From Cyanophora paradoxa CCMP329 (Eukaryota; Plantae; Glaucophyta), in assembly GCA_004431415.1 (NCBI GenBank), contig QPMI01000209.1:95406-159405 (forward strand): a DNA stretch of 64,000 nt, given 5' to 3'. Within the stretch, counting starts at the first letter, position 1. Each line of letters begins with the position of its first letter. This document shows, in pieces, positions 12,901 to 25,066 of this stretch. The notes beneath the pieces are model-generated. The model ran no database searches and was not told the origin of the DNA. It saw only the letters and a program-made list of their open reading frames with translations. The position numbers and the translations under genes were made by a program.

Positions 12901-15900
12901 TGTAACGCCCGGAGTCACTCTTTCGTTGCATTCCGCCGCATCTGATGCCGCGCAGCTTCACGACGGCGCTGCTCCGCGGGACGTTCGGTCGACTCGCCGC
13001 TCCGGTGGCCAACGGCTGGATCCTCACGTTCTCCCTGTCCGAGGACACGGGCCCCGGCCGCCTCGAATTCACGCCAGCCGCCACGCAGCCCGTTCTCTAC
13101 TGGGCCATCGGTGCGCCTCGTGTCGCGCGGTGAAACGTGCGCCCCTCTGACCGCCGCGCAGGCGTGCCGGACGGGGCGAACCTGACGTGCCCGAACGTGA
13201 CGACCGCGCAAGGCAGGAAGTTCAACTGCACGATCACGGCGCTGCGCGGCGGCGCGCCCGTGACCGTCCTCCCGAACGCCATCCGAGGCGTGGTCGCGAA
13301 CAGCCTGGCGTCGGCGGACGCCGCCATCGCGCCCTGGCCGCACGCCTCGACGACCTTCTCGCTGCCGTTCCTCGTCGCGAGCCAGCCGGCGCGCGTTCTG
13401 CCCGCAAACACGACGGTTCGCGCGTACGGCACGGCTGCGGCGACGATCACGGGTGCAGGCGGCGCTTTGATCCCCGTGGCGCCGGTGAACGTGAGCGTCG
13501 CGTTCGAGCCGGACCGCACGAGCAGCGTCTCCTGCTTCCCCCTCTACTTCGACAAGTCGGCCAGCCCGCTGTGCACCTTCATCGCGCGCCGCAGCAACAT
13601 TGTCGTCCACTCCTCCCTCGTCCTTTCGCCGGGCACCGCCGGGCCCCTTGCAGTCCTGTCGTACGACCCGGCCGCCGTGGCGTACGGGAGTTGGACCTTC
13701 GACTTCGTCGTCGTGCCGCTGCCGCTGGGAGGGCAGGCGCGCGCCGTCGTCTACTCGAACCGGACCGCCGACGGAGCGCAGACCTTCCTCGCCGACTTTG
13801 CGCTGACGGCCGCCGGTGATGCCGCCGCCCCCGCCCCCGTTGGACTTCGTCTCACTCGCGACGCCCTCGCAGACGAGCCGACGGACGTGCGCGTCGAATT
13901 CCAGAATCCTCTCGCCCCGGGACCCGTCTTCAACGCCACCTCCACCATACAGGTCACGCTCTTCTTCCATCCCGAGTATTCGGACAACGCCCTGATACCG
14001 GCGCGCAGATGACGGTCACGCCTCTGAAAAACGGGACCCGCATCTACGCGCTGAACAGCTCCATCAGGTCCGCCTCCTGGCCGATTCTTCTGGTTGGTTT
14101 TGCTGATTTCTCGGCCCAGCTTCACGACGCTCCTGCGGGGCGAGTTCGGGAAGCTGACGGCGCCCGTCGGCAACTCGTGGGTCCTGACTTTCACGCTCTC
14201 GGACGAGACGGGCCCCGGGAGACTCGACTTTACGCCCCCCGCCACGCAGCCCGTTATCTACTGGGCCATCGGTGCGTGGCGAAACAGAGCGAAACGGCGA
14301 CCCGCCGGCTCTGAACCACTGCGCAGGCGTCCCCGACGCGGCGGACCTGCAGTGCCCCGGGGAGCCCACGGCCGAGAACTCCAAGTTCAACTGCACCATC
14401 ACGGCGCTGCGCGCGGGCCAGCCCGTCTCCGTCCTGCCCAGCTTCATCCGCGGCATCGCGTCGAACAGCCTGGCGTCGGCGGACGCCGCCATCGCGCCGT
14501 GGCCGCACGCCTCGCCGACCTTCTCGCTGCCGTTCCTCGTCGCGAGCCGTCCGTCTCCGACTGGGGACCCGCTCCTCCGCGCGTACGGCACGGCTGCGGC
14601 AACCATCGCGGGCACCGGAGGCGTGCCGATCCCCGTGGCGCCGGTGAACGTGAGCGTCGCGTTCGAGCCGGACCGCACGAGCAGCGTCTCCTGCTTCCCC
14701 CTCTACTTCGACTCGAGCGCCACGACGCGCTGCACGTTCGTGCCCAGGCGCAACGGCATCGTCGTGCAGACGTCGGTGCCGCTGGTGCCGTCGACGGCTG
14801 GCCCGATGGCCGTGGACTGGGTTGACGGCTCCGCGACGGGCTTCGGAAGCGACCTGCTCGAGTTCACGGCGGCCGTGCTGCCGATCGGCGGCCCCAGCAA
14901 CGCCACCGTCTCGGCCATCGCCTGGGCAAACAAGACGCTGCCGTGCGACACGTCGCTCTGGGCCGGCCTCGTCCGGCGTTCCCTGCTGCAGAGCCCCACG
15001 AACGCCTCCGCGGAGAACTGCACGTCGGCGAACGCCACGGAGCCGTGCCTGGACCCGGGCGCGACGCCCTCGCCCTCGCCGTCTCCGTCGCCGACGCCGA
15101 CGCCGGTGCCGCTCTGCCCGGCGCTCGTCCAGGTCAACAAGTCCCTCGCCGAGTTCGGCGTCATCACCGCCGACGAGCCGACCGCCGTGCAAGTCGACTA
15201 CCTCTCGCCCAAGTTCTCGGGGCCCGTCTACGTTGCCGAGACCGCCATCGCCGTGCGTCTCCGTCTCGCGCCCGCGCCCGTGCAGCGCCGACAGCTGACG
15301 GCCCCGCAGGTCTTCGTGACGCCGCTGGTGGAGAACGGGACGGTGATCTACGCGCTGAACACCTCCGTCTCGTTCGCCACGGTCGGCCTCAACGCGACCT
15401 TCGGCACGCTGGCCGCGCCCGCCGCCAACGGCTGGCTCCTCGACCTCTGGCTCCCCGAGAGCACGGGCCCCAGCGCCCTCGAGTTCCAGCCGCCCTCTGT
15501 CGCCCCGCTCCCGTACTACGTGATCGGCAACGCCGACGGGGGCCAGATCCGGTGCCCGGCGGGCCCCTTCTACGTGAACGCGACCTTCAACTGCAGCTTC
15601 GAGGCGACGCGCAACGGCAGCGACGTGCACCTCCACGTGACCAGCGTCCGCCCGAGCGTCGCGGAGAGCCTCGCCTCGGCGCTCACGCCGCTCGCGACCT
15701 CGGCCTGGCCGCACGTCTCCACGGCCTTCGACGTGACGATGACCGTCGCCGCCGAGCCGCGGGCGCCGCGGGACAGCTCGCGGCCGGCGTACGGCATCGT
15801 GGGCGGGAGCCTGGCGGCGTCGGACGCGCGGGGGAGGCCCGTCCCGCTCGTGCCCGTGGACGTCGAGCTCGTCTTCGACGCCGACACGACGAGCCAGCTC

Positions 15901-18900
15901 GCGTGCAGCCCGGCGGGCGTCTTCGACGCGACGAGCACCGCCAACTGCACCTTCGTAGCCCGCCGCCGCGGCATCCCCGTCCGCTCCGTCTTCCCGCTCA
16001 GCCTCAACGTCTCGGGCGCCATCGCGACGGACGCGCCGGCCGAGTACAACGCCTCCACCTGGACGTTCTCCTTCGTCCTCTCTCCGCTCACCATCTACGG
16101 CGGCGTCGGGCACCTCGCCGTCTACTCGTACCCCAGCCCGCCGGCCCCGCCGCCCGCCGCCGCCGCGGCCGCCGCCCCCAGCGCCGCCGCCGCGAACTCG
16201 ACGGGGGCGAACGGGACGACGCCCTCGCCCTCGCCCTCGCCCTCGCCGACGCCGACGCCGCTGCCGATCGTCCGGCCGCCCCCGATCCTCCTCGCCAACA
16301 TCACGATCATCGTTGCCGCCATCCCCGACGCCTCGTCGTCCTTCGTGCGCCCCGCCCCGCCCCGCCCCGCCGCCCAGCCGCGCACGGCTGACGCGGGGCG
16401 CGGCAGGAGTGCGCGACGAACCTCACGTGGGTCGGCTCGCCCGTCCTCTGCGACTTCACGCCGCGCCTCGAGGGCGAGTCCGTGTACGCGCGGCACGGCT
16501 ACCTCAACGTCGACTGGCCCTACATGCGGCCCGACCACCTGGCGGCCATGTACGGGGTGAACTACGCGACGACCTTCACCCGCGTCTCGATCGCCGCCGG
16601 CACGCTCGCCGACTCGGCCCCGGTGAACTGCACGGGCCTCTGCACCTTCACGCTGACGGCGCCCGGGCGGGGCGCCATCGCGGCGCTCGACTTCATGGTC
16701 GTGGGGCGGCCCTCGAAGGCGGTCTCGACCATCGCGTGCCCCGTGAACGAGCTCGCCGGCAACCAGTCCGCCGCCTGCACGTTCCGCTCCGTCTCGCTCG
16801 TGCAGGGCGAGCCGGTCGTGACCGACCTGCACGCCCTCCGCGTCCTCGCCACGCCCGTCATGCTCGGCACCGCCTGGCTCGAGCCGCTGCCGCCCGCGCG
16901 CGACACGGGCGAGTGGGACGGGCGCTACTCGGACACGTTCACGCTGTGGGTGACCGCCGGCACGAACGTCGCCGGCACGCTCAACGTCGCCGTCCACCCG
17001 CTCGCGAACCGCGGCGCCGGCTCGCCGCTGCCGGCGGCGGCCAGCGTCTCGTTCTTCATCATCGGGACGAACATCGCGTCGGTGCAGCCGCAGGCGGCCA
17101 ACGTGCGCGGCGGGATCGCCGTCTCCGTCAGCGGCCTCGGCTTCGTGCTCCCGCCCGAGCCGCTCGTGCTGACCTTCTGCGGCGTCGAGGCGCGCGTGAC
17201 GAGCCGCTCGACGACGACGCTCATCGCCATCCTCCCGCCGCTCCCGGCGGAGTACATGGAGGCCGGCCGCCGCTCCTGCGACGTCGTTGTCACCCTCACG
17301 CAGCGGCCCGCCGCCGCCCCCGTCGTCCTCAAGGACGGGTACACCTACAACGTGCCCCCCGTCGCCGCCGCCGAGCGCCTCGAGTCCTTCTACCCCCTCC
17401 CTCGGGAGATCGTCCTGAACGGCAGCGCCAGCGTCGGTGCGGCGCCCTCCCCTCCGCCCCTTTCCTCCCTCCTCCTCCTCCTCCCGCCTCACTTCTTACG
17501 GGGCAGACCCGGACGCGAGCGCCGGGGCGAGGAACCGTGGCCTGCGCTTCAAGTGGGCGGTGGTGGAGCGGCCGGACCCCGACGGGGAGGTCGTCCTCTT
17601 CGGCTCCAGCGAGGAGGTCGCCCTCGTCGGCCCTCTCCAGGTCGCCGGCTTCTACGCCTTCGAGCTCACCGTCACCGACGCCGGTGCCCCCGTCCTTTCT
17701 CCACCGCCCGCGCCCCCGCCCCTCTCCTCTTCTGAGGGCGCGCAGGCGGGGAGACCTCGACGGTGGGCATGAACTTCACCGCCGAGTTCCTCCCCGGTGC
17801 GCCCCCGCCGGCCCCGCCCCGCCCGGGCGGCGGGCGCGGCTGAGCCGCCGGGGGCGCAGAGCTGGACCTGGTGATCCGGCTGGAGACGGAGTTCGACCCG
17901 TTCAAGGAGCAGTACGACAACGACGAGGCCTTCCGCGACTCGATCTGGATGGCGACGGCGGAGGAGTTCGGGGTGGCCGTGAGCCGCATCCAGGGCATCG
18001 GCCTCGCCCAGGGCTCCGTCCTCCTCAGCGTCCGCCCCGCCCCCGCCCCCGCCCGCCCCCGCCGCGTTGGGCTCTGACGGGGCCGGCGCGGCGCGCGCAG
18101 ACGACGATCTCGGCCGACAACCTCGTCGACGCCGCCTCGCTCGTGGCGCTCCCGCGGACCTACACCGGTGCGCGCGGTGCGAGCCGCGGGGGCCGGCGGG
18201 GCTGAGGGCGGCGCCCGCGCGCAGGCGTGGCGTACAACCGGGTGCTGGGCGGGGGCGTCTCCTCGTCGGTCATCTCGTCGCGGACGCGGCAGCGGACCGT
18301 GAACCAGGCGCCCGTGGCGAACATCACGGTGCGGTGCAGGTCGAGCCCGCTGCCCGACGGGAGCTACAGCGTGCGGGCCTCGGCGTGCACGCTGGACGGC
18401 AACGGGAGCTTCGACCCGGACGGCTACGTCGGGATCTTCACGTGGAGCCTCATCCAGACGCCCGAGTCGAACTGCCCGGTGTTCCGGGGGACGAAGAACT
18501 GGGTGGACGGGCGCTCCAAGGGGACGCTGCTGATGATCTTCGGGGAGCAGCAGGGCGTCTGCGTCGTCGCCCTCTCCGTCCTCGACAACAACGTCCGCCC
18601 GCCCGCCCCGCCCCTCCGCCCCCGCGCCGCCCGCCCTCTCTCTGAGCCGCGCGTGCGCAGAACCTGCGGAGCGCGCGGCAGGCGAACGTGACGCTGCGGA
18701 TGGAGGGCGTCCTCGTCAACAGCCCGCCCGAGTTCGAGTACGACGCCCAGGCACGCCCCACCCCGCGCGCGCGCGCCGCGATCCCGCCGGGCCTCCTTCT
18801 CCGCCGCCGCCGCCGCCGCCGCTCACGGGCCGCGCTTCGCCGCCGCAGGTGACGGTGACGGTGAGCCTGGAGGACGGGGCGTACGACAACTCGACGACGG

Positions 18901-21900
18901 TGGAGCTGACGGCGATCGCCGCCGACCCGGACGGCCTTCTCGCCTCGGCCGCCTGGTCCTACCTCGACGGGCCCATCAACGCGACCCTCCGGCCCCTCCT
19001 CGCCGTCAACGCCTCGGCCGGGGCCGAGCCGGTGCAGCGCACGCCGGTGACGTCGCGGGCGCGCGTCGTCGGCCTCGGGACGTGGCGCTTCGAGGTGGCG
19101 GCGACGGACGACCTGGGCCTCACCACGCGCAACGTGACGGCGCTGACCGTGCGGCTCGGGCCCCCGCCCCCCGTCACCGACTCGATCGACCCCGAGGTCG
19201 CCCGCCGCGTCGCCATCTCCGTGCGCCCGCCCCGCTCCGCCCTCCGGTCTCCGGGCGCGTCTCGACGCCCTCACACCCGCGCGCGCCCCCCAGCTGGCGG
19301 CGCTGTCGCTCTTCTTCATCGTGGTGAACATCGTGGGGAACGCCGTCGAGTCGTGCATGCAGACGTGGGCGGGGGCGGTGCCGACGCGGGTCGTGAAGAC
19401 GGCGGCGACGGCGGGGAGCGTCTTCGCCATCGCCCAGTTCCAGATGCTAGCCGCCCTCGGCCTCCTCACCAACCAGGACATGGTCCGCCGCACCCCGGTC
19501 GTCCCCCTCGCCCCCCACGGCTATCTCAAGCCAGCCCGCCCCGCGCAGCCGGCCTCGTTCCACGCCTTCTGCGACGGCATCTACCCGTACCTCCTGCAGG
19601 GCCGGAGCCCCGGTGCCGGCCCCGCCCGCCCGCCCCCTCTCTTTCGCGCCCCGCGCCCCCCCGCTCACAGCCCCCGCCCGCAGACGGCCTGACGGTGCCG
19701 ACGAACGTGCGGGCGCCGATGGTGCAAGCGCGCCGCTCGCTCCTCTACGCCCGCGAGCGCGACGTCGTCGCCGGCTTCAAGGTCCCGCCTTCCCCTCCCG
19801 CCGCCCGCCCCGCCCGCCGCGCCCCGCCTCAAAGGCGCGCAGTCGGCGCTGCTCTACTCCGGCATCGCGATGGGCTTCGTCTCCCTCGTGCACGTCGCCG
19901 CCTCCTGGTTCTTCCGCCGCGCCTGCGGCCGCAAGACCCGCCTCCGCGGCGCCCTCGCCGCCCCCCGCCCCGAGCTCCTCGTCTTCCTCGCCGCCTTCGT
20001 GCGCCCGCCCGCCCCCCCGCCCGCCCGCCCGTCCGCCTCGCCGGCCTGACGACCGCGCGCGCAGCGACCGCTGGCGATCGCGGCGGCGGCCGTCGTGCGC
20101 TTCGAGAGCGGCGGCTGGCGCGTCTTTGCGGGGGCCTACCTGGTCCGCCCCCCGCCCTCCCGCTCGCCGCCCGCCCCCCCCCGCCGCCAACGGGACGCCC
20201 GCCTCGGGGCGCGCAGGCGGTGGCCGGCGTCTTGGCCTTCGTGGTGCTGCAGGCCGTCCTCGTCTTCTTCCTCTGGCACGTCGGCGCCGTCGTCTTCGAC
20301 GTCAACCCCCACCGGTCCGCCCGCCCCCGCCCGCCGGCCCCGCCGCCCCCGCCCCGCCTCACGCACCGCACCCGCCAGCGCCATGCTGCGCTTCTCCAAG
20401 CCGCCCCCGGCGAAGCCCGGCGCCGGCGACGACGCCGGCGCCGAGAAGAAGAAGAAGAAGGGCGAGGGCGAGAAGACGCTGGCGGCGTCCCCGCCGGAGC
20501 CGGCGCGGGCGCCCCCGCCGCAGCCGCCCCCGCCCTCGTCCCTCATCGAGCGCATGTTCCAGTTCTCTCAGACCGTCCGCCCCGCCCCTCCGGCCCCGCC
20601 CCGCGGCTCGGCCTGAGGGCCGGGGGCAGACGCGGAAGAAGGTCGTCAAGGGCCGCTGGATCGTCGACCGCCACCTCGGCGAGCGCGCGCACTGTGCGCC
20701 CCCCTGCCCCGCCCCGCCCCGCCCGGTAGGGACGCCCCTCACACGGGGCCGGGCGCGCAGGGTTCGCCGACGGCTTCGCGCCCATCTTCTCGCCCTTCAA
20801 GGGTGCGCCCCCGCCCGCCCGCCGGCCCCCGCGGGGGCAAGCGAGCGGGGCGCGCAGAGTCGCGCTCGGGCTTCCGCTCGTACGAGCTCTTCCGCGCCGC
20901 CGCCTGGGCCGCCATCCTCGCCGTCTTCGCCCGTGCGCGCGCCGGCCCCCGGCCCCCGCCCCGGCGCCGGCGCCGCCCTCAACGGGGGCGGGGGGCAGGG
21001 AACGCGGGGACGGCCCAGACGGAGGGCTTCAACATCGCCAAGGGGCAGGCCTTCGCCGAAGTCTTCTTCCTGACCACCATCGAGCTCCTTGAGATCGGGT
21101 CCGCCCCGCCCCGCCCCGCCCCGCCCCGCCCCGCGCCCCCCGCCCCTCTGGCCCGGCTGACTGGCGGGGGCGGGGCAGCGTGCAGCTCTTCTTCCAGCCG
21201 CAGATCTCGTGGTGGGGCACCGCGCTCGGCCTCCACTGGTCCGCCCCGCCCCCCGCCCCCCGCCCCTTTGACAGCGGCGCGCTGACGGGGCGGCGGGGGC
21301 GGGGGCGGGGGCAGCTCGCTCTGCTTCGTGGGGATCTTCGCGGCGCTGGCGTGCGCCATCCTGCGCCTCGGGTGGCCCTTCGACGTCGGGCGCGCCCTCT
21401 TCCTCCTCGCCCTCGCCGCCCTCCTCCCCGTCCTGCTCGACCAGGCCATCGACGCCGCCGCCGTCCTCCTCGTCCGCCCCGCCCCGCCCCGCCCCTCCCC
21501 CCTCTTCTCCCCTCTGACTGGGCCGCACGCAGAGCATCGCGAGCAAGGTGAGGCGGCGGGTGGAGCGGAGGCGGCAGGGGCGGATGGGCGTCATCGCCCC
21601 CAACTCGCCCCTCGCCAAGGGCCCCGACGGGGCGCCGGCGGCCGCGCACGCCGACGAGAGCGACGACGCTACGACGGAGGAGAGCGAGGACGAGGCTGCG
21701 GGCGGCGGCCCCGCCTGGATCGCCGCCCGCCGCTACGCCCCGTCCCTCGCCCCCGCCGCCCCCGCCCTCGCCCCCGCCCTCGCCCTCGCCGGCGCCGGCG
21801 GCCCGCAGCCGTCCCTCTCCCTCCTCTCGGACTTCTTGACGAGGCAGGACGGCGGGGCGCGGGCGCCGGGGGCGCGGCGCGGCTCGACGCACTCCCAGGC

Positions 21901-23274
21901 GTCGGACACCGGCTCGGGCGCCTCCTGGATCGCCGCCGGCGGCGCCTGGCACCGCGTCGGGGAGCCCCCGGCCGCCGCCGCCGCCGCCGCCGGCGTGGGG
22001 CGGGCGGAGCGGGGCGGGCTGGTGGCGGTGGAGGAGCGGCCGGCGGGGCGCAGCGCCTCGTTCGCGGGGCGCCGGCGCGGGCGGTGCCCATCGCCGGGGC
22101 CCTCGCCCTCTCCAACTCGGGCGTCGCCAACCTGCCCGCCTCCGTCCTCGTCGCCGCCTTCGGGGCCCCCGCCCGGCCCGCCGCCCCCGCGCGGGCCCCG
22201 GCCCGCAGGGCCCCCTCAACCCGCGAGGGCCCCCGCCCCGCCCCCGCCGGGGTCCCCCGCCGGCCCCGCGCCGGCCCCGCCGCCGCCTCCGCCGGGGCTG
22301 GCCCTCCGGGGGCGCCGGGGCGGGCGGCCGCCTCGGCCTCGCCGCGGCGGCGGGGCTCGCTCTCCCTCGCCCCGCGCCCCGCCTCCTTCGGCAGCCTCCC
22401 GCCCGCGCCCGCGCCCGCGGCGACCTCGGCCCCGGCGCCGCAGCGGGCCTCGCCGGCGGGGAGCTCGGCCGGGAGCGCGGGGCGGCGCGGGCGGCCTCTC
22501 TGGTGTCCCTCCCCGCAGCCCCCGCGCCCCTCTTCGACGCCTCCCTCCTCGGCGCCTTCGACGACCCGCCCCCGCCCGCTCCCGCCGCCGCCGCCGCCGC
22601 CTCCGGGGCGGCCGGGGCGGTCAGCGTGCAGGTCGTGAAGCCGGCCTCGGCGGCGGGGCTCCCGGCGCGGCCGCTGCCTCCTCCGGCGCCTCCTCGACCG
22701 CCTCCTCCGCCGCGCCCAGGCGGCGGCGCTCCAGGGGCGCCCTCCCCGCGCCGCCCGCCGCCGGCCCCGCGCCCGTCGCGCTGCAGCCCCGCGCGCGCTC
22801 CCGCCCTGCCCCCGGCCGGCCCCGAGCCGCCCCGCCCGCCGCCGCCGCCGCCGCGGCCTCGGAGGAGGACCACGACTACGACTTCAACGAGCGCCTCGAG
22901 GCACTCCTCGGGGCCGCCTCTGACCCCCCGGCGCAGGCGCCGGCGGCGCCCCCACCGCCCCGCTCCACCTCCAGCGCCTCACACGCCTCCCGCTCCTCGG
23001 GCTCCCGGCCCGGGACCCGCCCGCCCACGCCTTGGCCCCGCCGGCGGCCGCCGCTGGGGCCCCCTCCCGCCCTCGCTCCGGCTCGGTCGCCTCCTACGCC
23101 TCGCACTCCTCGCTCCCCTCGAGCGCCCCCCGGGCCAGCGCGCGCTCGCCGGCGCAGGTCGCCCGGAGGGACCCCCCGCCGCGGGCGGCGCCCCTCGCCG
23201 CGGAGGAGGACCCCGAGGCCGCCGCGGAGCACAAGCGCCTGGCGGACCTCTTCCTCGGCGGCCCCCCCGAGTAG
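6939..23274 (+). CDS. Giant multi-exon cell-surface receptor-like protein A (LamG, Cys Ig-like repeats, IPT/TIG, PKD, SEA, PKD, multi-pass TM, low-complexity tail)
   Basis: Signal-like ARLAIISALLALLGLAPACLAQ (about 7230-7295). LamG-like MLEAWIKFD...GDWHHVMLTL...LRVW (7525-8115). Repeats PDRTSSVSC...CTFxxRR. IPT IASVQPQAANVRGGIAVSVSGLGF (about 17070). PKD LNGSAS...FKW...FELTVTD and LDGNGSFDPDG..FTW. SEA GSVLLS (about 18010). Hydrophobic helices at 19290-21540. Many NxS/T sequons. Start and tail frame approximate. Confidence 0.8.
13297..14712 (+). repeat. Near-identical exonic modules in gene A
   Basis: 13297-13553 versus 14462-14712, with a perfect match over the IPVAPVNVSVAFEPDRTSSVSCFPLYFD codons. 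Confidence 0.9.
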
Positions 23275-25066
23275 CTGCCAGGCCGCTCGCGATTCGCGCT
23301 GTGGATAGCACAAAATGCATTAGATCTGTAGCTACACAACTAGCAGCACATCTGTACGTACATGCGGTCTACGCCGGGCGACAATGAGTACGGTAGGCTA
23401 TGAATATTGTGGATAAAGTTCGAGTTCGCTCCGAGGCTCTGTCGATGTCGTCGCCGAGTCGAGTGTGGCCCTCAGCTGCAGCCTGGGCCTCAGGGCCTTA
23501 ATTATATAAGCTTGCCCGAATTAATATTCGCCGAGTCGAAGGCCCGGCCGTTCCGCCACGATCATGAGTGTCCAAGAGCGAGCGCACTCTGTCTAGGCTA
23601 GTTATCATGATGGCAGTCTGCTGCCGCCAGTGCAAACAGTGCCAAACACTGCAACTTGGGCAAAGCAGTGCGAACTTGAAATCGGCGAGCGTTCCTCAAG
23701 GCTTCGCGATCGGCGATCGAGCGACTCGGCGAGCTGGCGGCGCCTGGCGCTACTAGGCTAGGGCCCGCCGCCGAGCCGAGGGCCGGGGGCATATTTGGGA
23801 GGGACTGGATTCACTGGAATGCCCAACTCGCACCCCCAAGGTTGCAGGCTTGCAGCGATTACTGCGGCCGGTACCGGGTACTACCGGCGCGGCATGCGCA
23901 GCTGCAGGAAGTACTAAGACCCTCGAATTGGAATATTAATGGTACATGCACATGTATATATATGTACCCGTCTGCCGGCCCAGCCGCTGAGCATGCGCAG
24001 CGGTACCGTAGTACCAGCGGCGCGCCGGCGCCCGGGCCGGCCCGGCCGCTGCAGCTGAGCATGAGCTCGAGCCGCATGCACATGCGCACGTACTGCGGCG
24101 CGTGCAGTGCGCAGCTGTGCGCTCAGTGAGCGGGTCGACCGTATACGTACCGGTCCGTACGCCGACGGTACGCGTCCGACGGTCGGCGGCGTCGCCTGGA
24201 AGTTGCTGGAACAGGTTGGAAGGCCCTGCAGGCTGCATCGCATCGATATCATTCGATTCGCATGCGCAGCCTGAGCTGCAGGCTGCGGCTGCTGCACTCT
24301 GCCAGGCTGGCACTGCTCCGAGCCTGCTCGGTGGTCAGCCGCTGAGCCGTCTCAGCGCCGATCGCGACTCCCGGCCCGCTGCTAGTGCTTCGCAGTGTTC
24401 GCATGGGCAGTACTAGTGCGCATGCGCACTCACTGAGTCACTGCAGCGGTGATACTTGGTAGACAGCGAGGATCCGCTCCCCGGGCCCCCATGCACTGCG
24501 GCAGGCCGCAGCTGTCCCCCTAGTAGTGATCCTCATGCATCCGAGCGCGTGCAGCCGAGTCTGGCCGAGCTTGAGCGGCGCGCGCGCGCGCGCTAGCGCT
24601 GGCCTCCTCAGGGCCTAGGCCTAGGCCTCGTCCGATCATCTTAATTGCAAGCTAGCGCTAGGCAGCAAGCGCGCTGCAGCTGAGCTTTGCCAAAACGTGT
24701 GGTGGCTTGGCGAGCTCTGCGACCGCAGCCCCTATCGAGCCGTGCGCGTGGGATGCAGCGCTCGCACTTCCGTCAGTACTAGTGCCTGCAGCTGCAGAAC
24801 AGCACGTGAGCGCGCCAGGGGAGCAGGCGCGCTGTCTGGAGTTCGAAGAATGCCTCATCCATATGCATACGCGTTCGCTTGGAGATAGCATCCGACTGCT
24901 GGGGCGCGCGGACGCCGGCTCGCGCGGGGCGACGATGAAGCCGAGCGTCCGCCGGCGCCGGAGCAGCTGCAGGCGCCAGCTGGGCGCGACCGGCGCAATT
25001 GCAAGTGGCTCACGGCGAGAGCTCGAGGCATCCGCCTGTGCCGCGCTCCGGCGGGGTCAGGCCTGC

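Noticed and set aside
21900-23274. Pseudogenisation of gene A from tail frame changes
   Set aside because: These cannot be distinguished from unrecognised introns or homopolymer errors in extreme GC sequence.
23842-24416. Short ORFs in palindromic intergenic DNA
   Set aside because: No protein-like composition or splice pattern. They are explained by footprint accumulation.
23400-24660. Restriction-site-rich synthetic polylinker or vector contamination
   Set aside because: The same palindromic texture occurs in most intergenic blocks and follows a generative rule. No vector features are seen.
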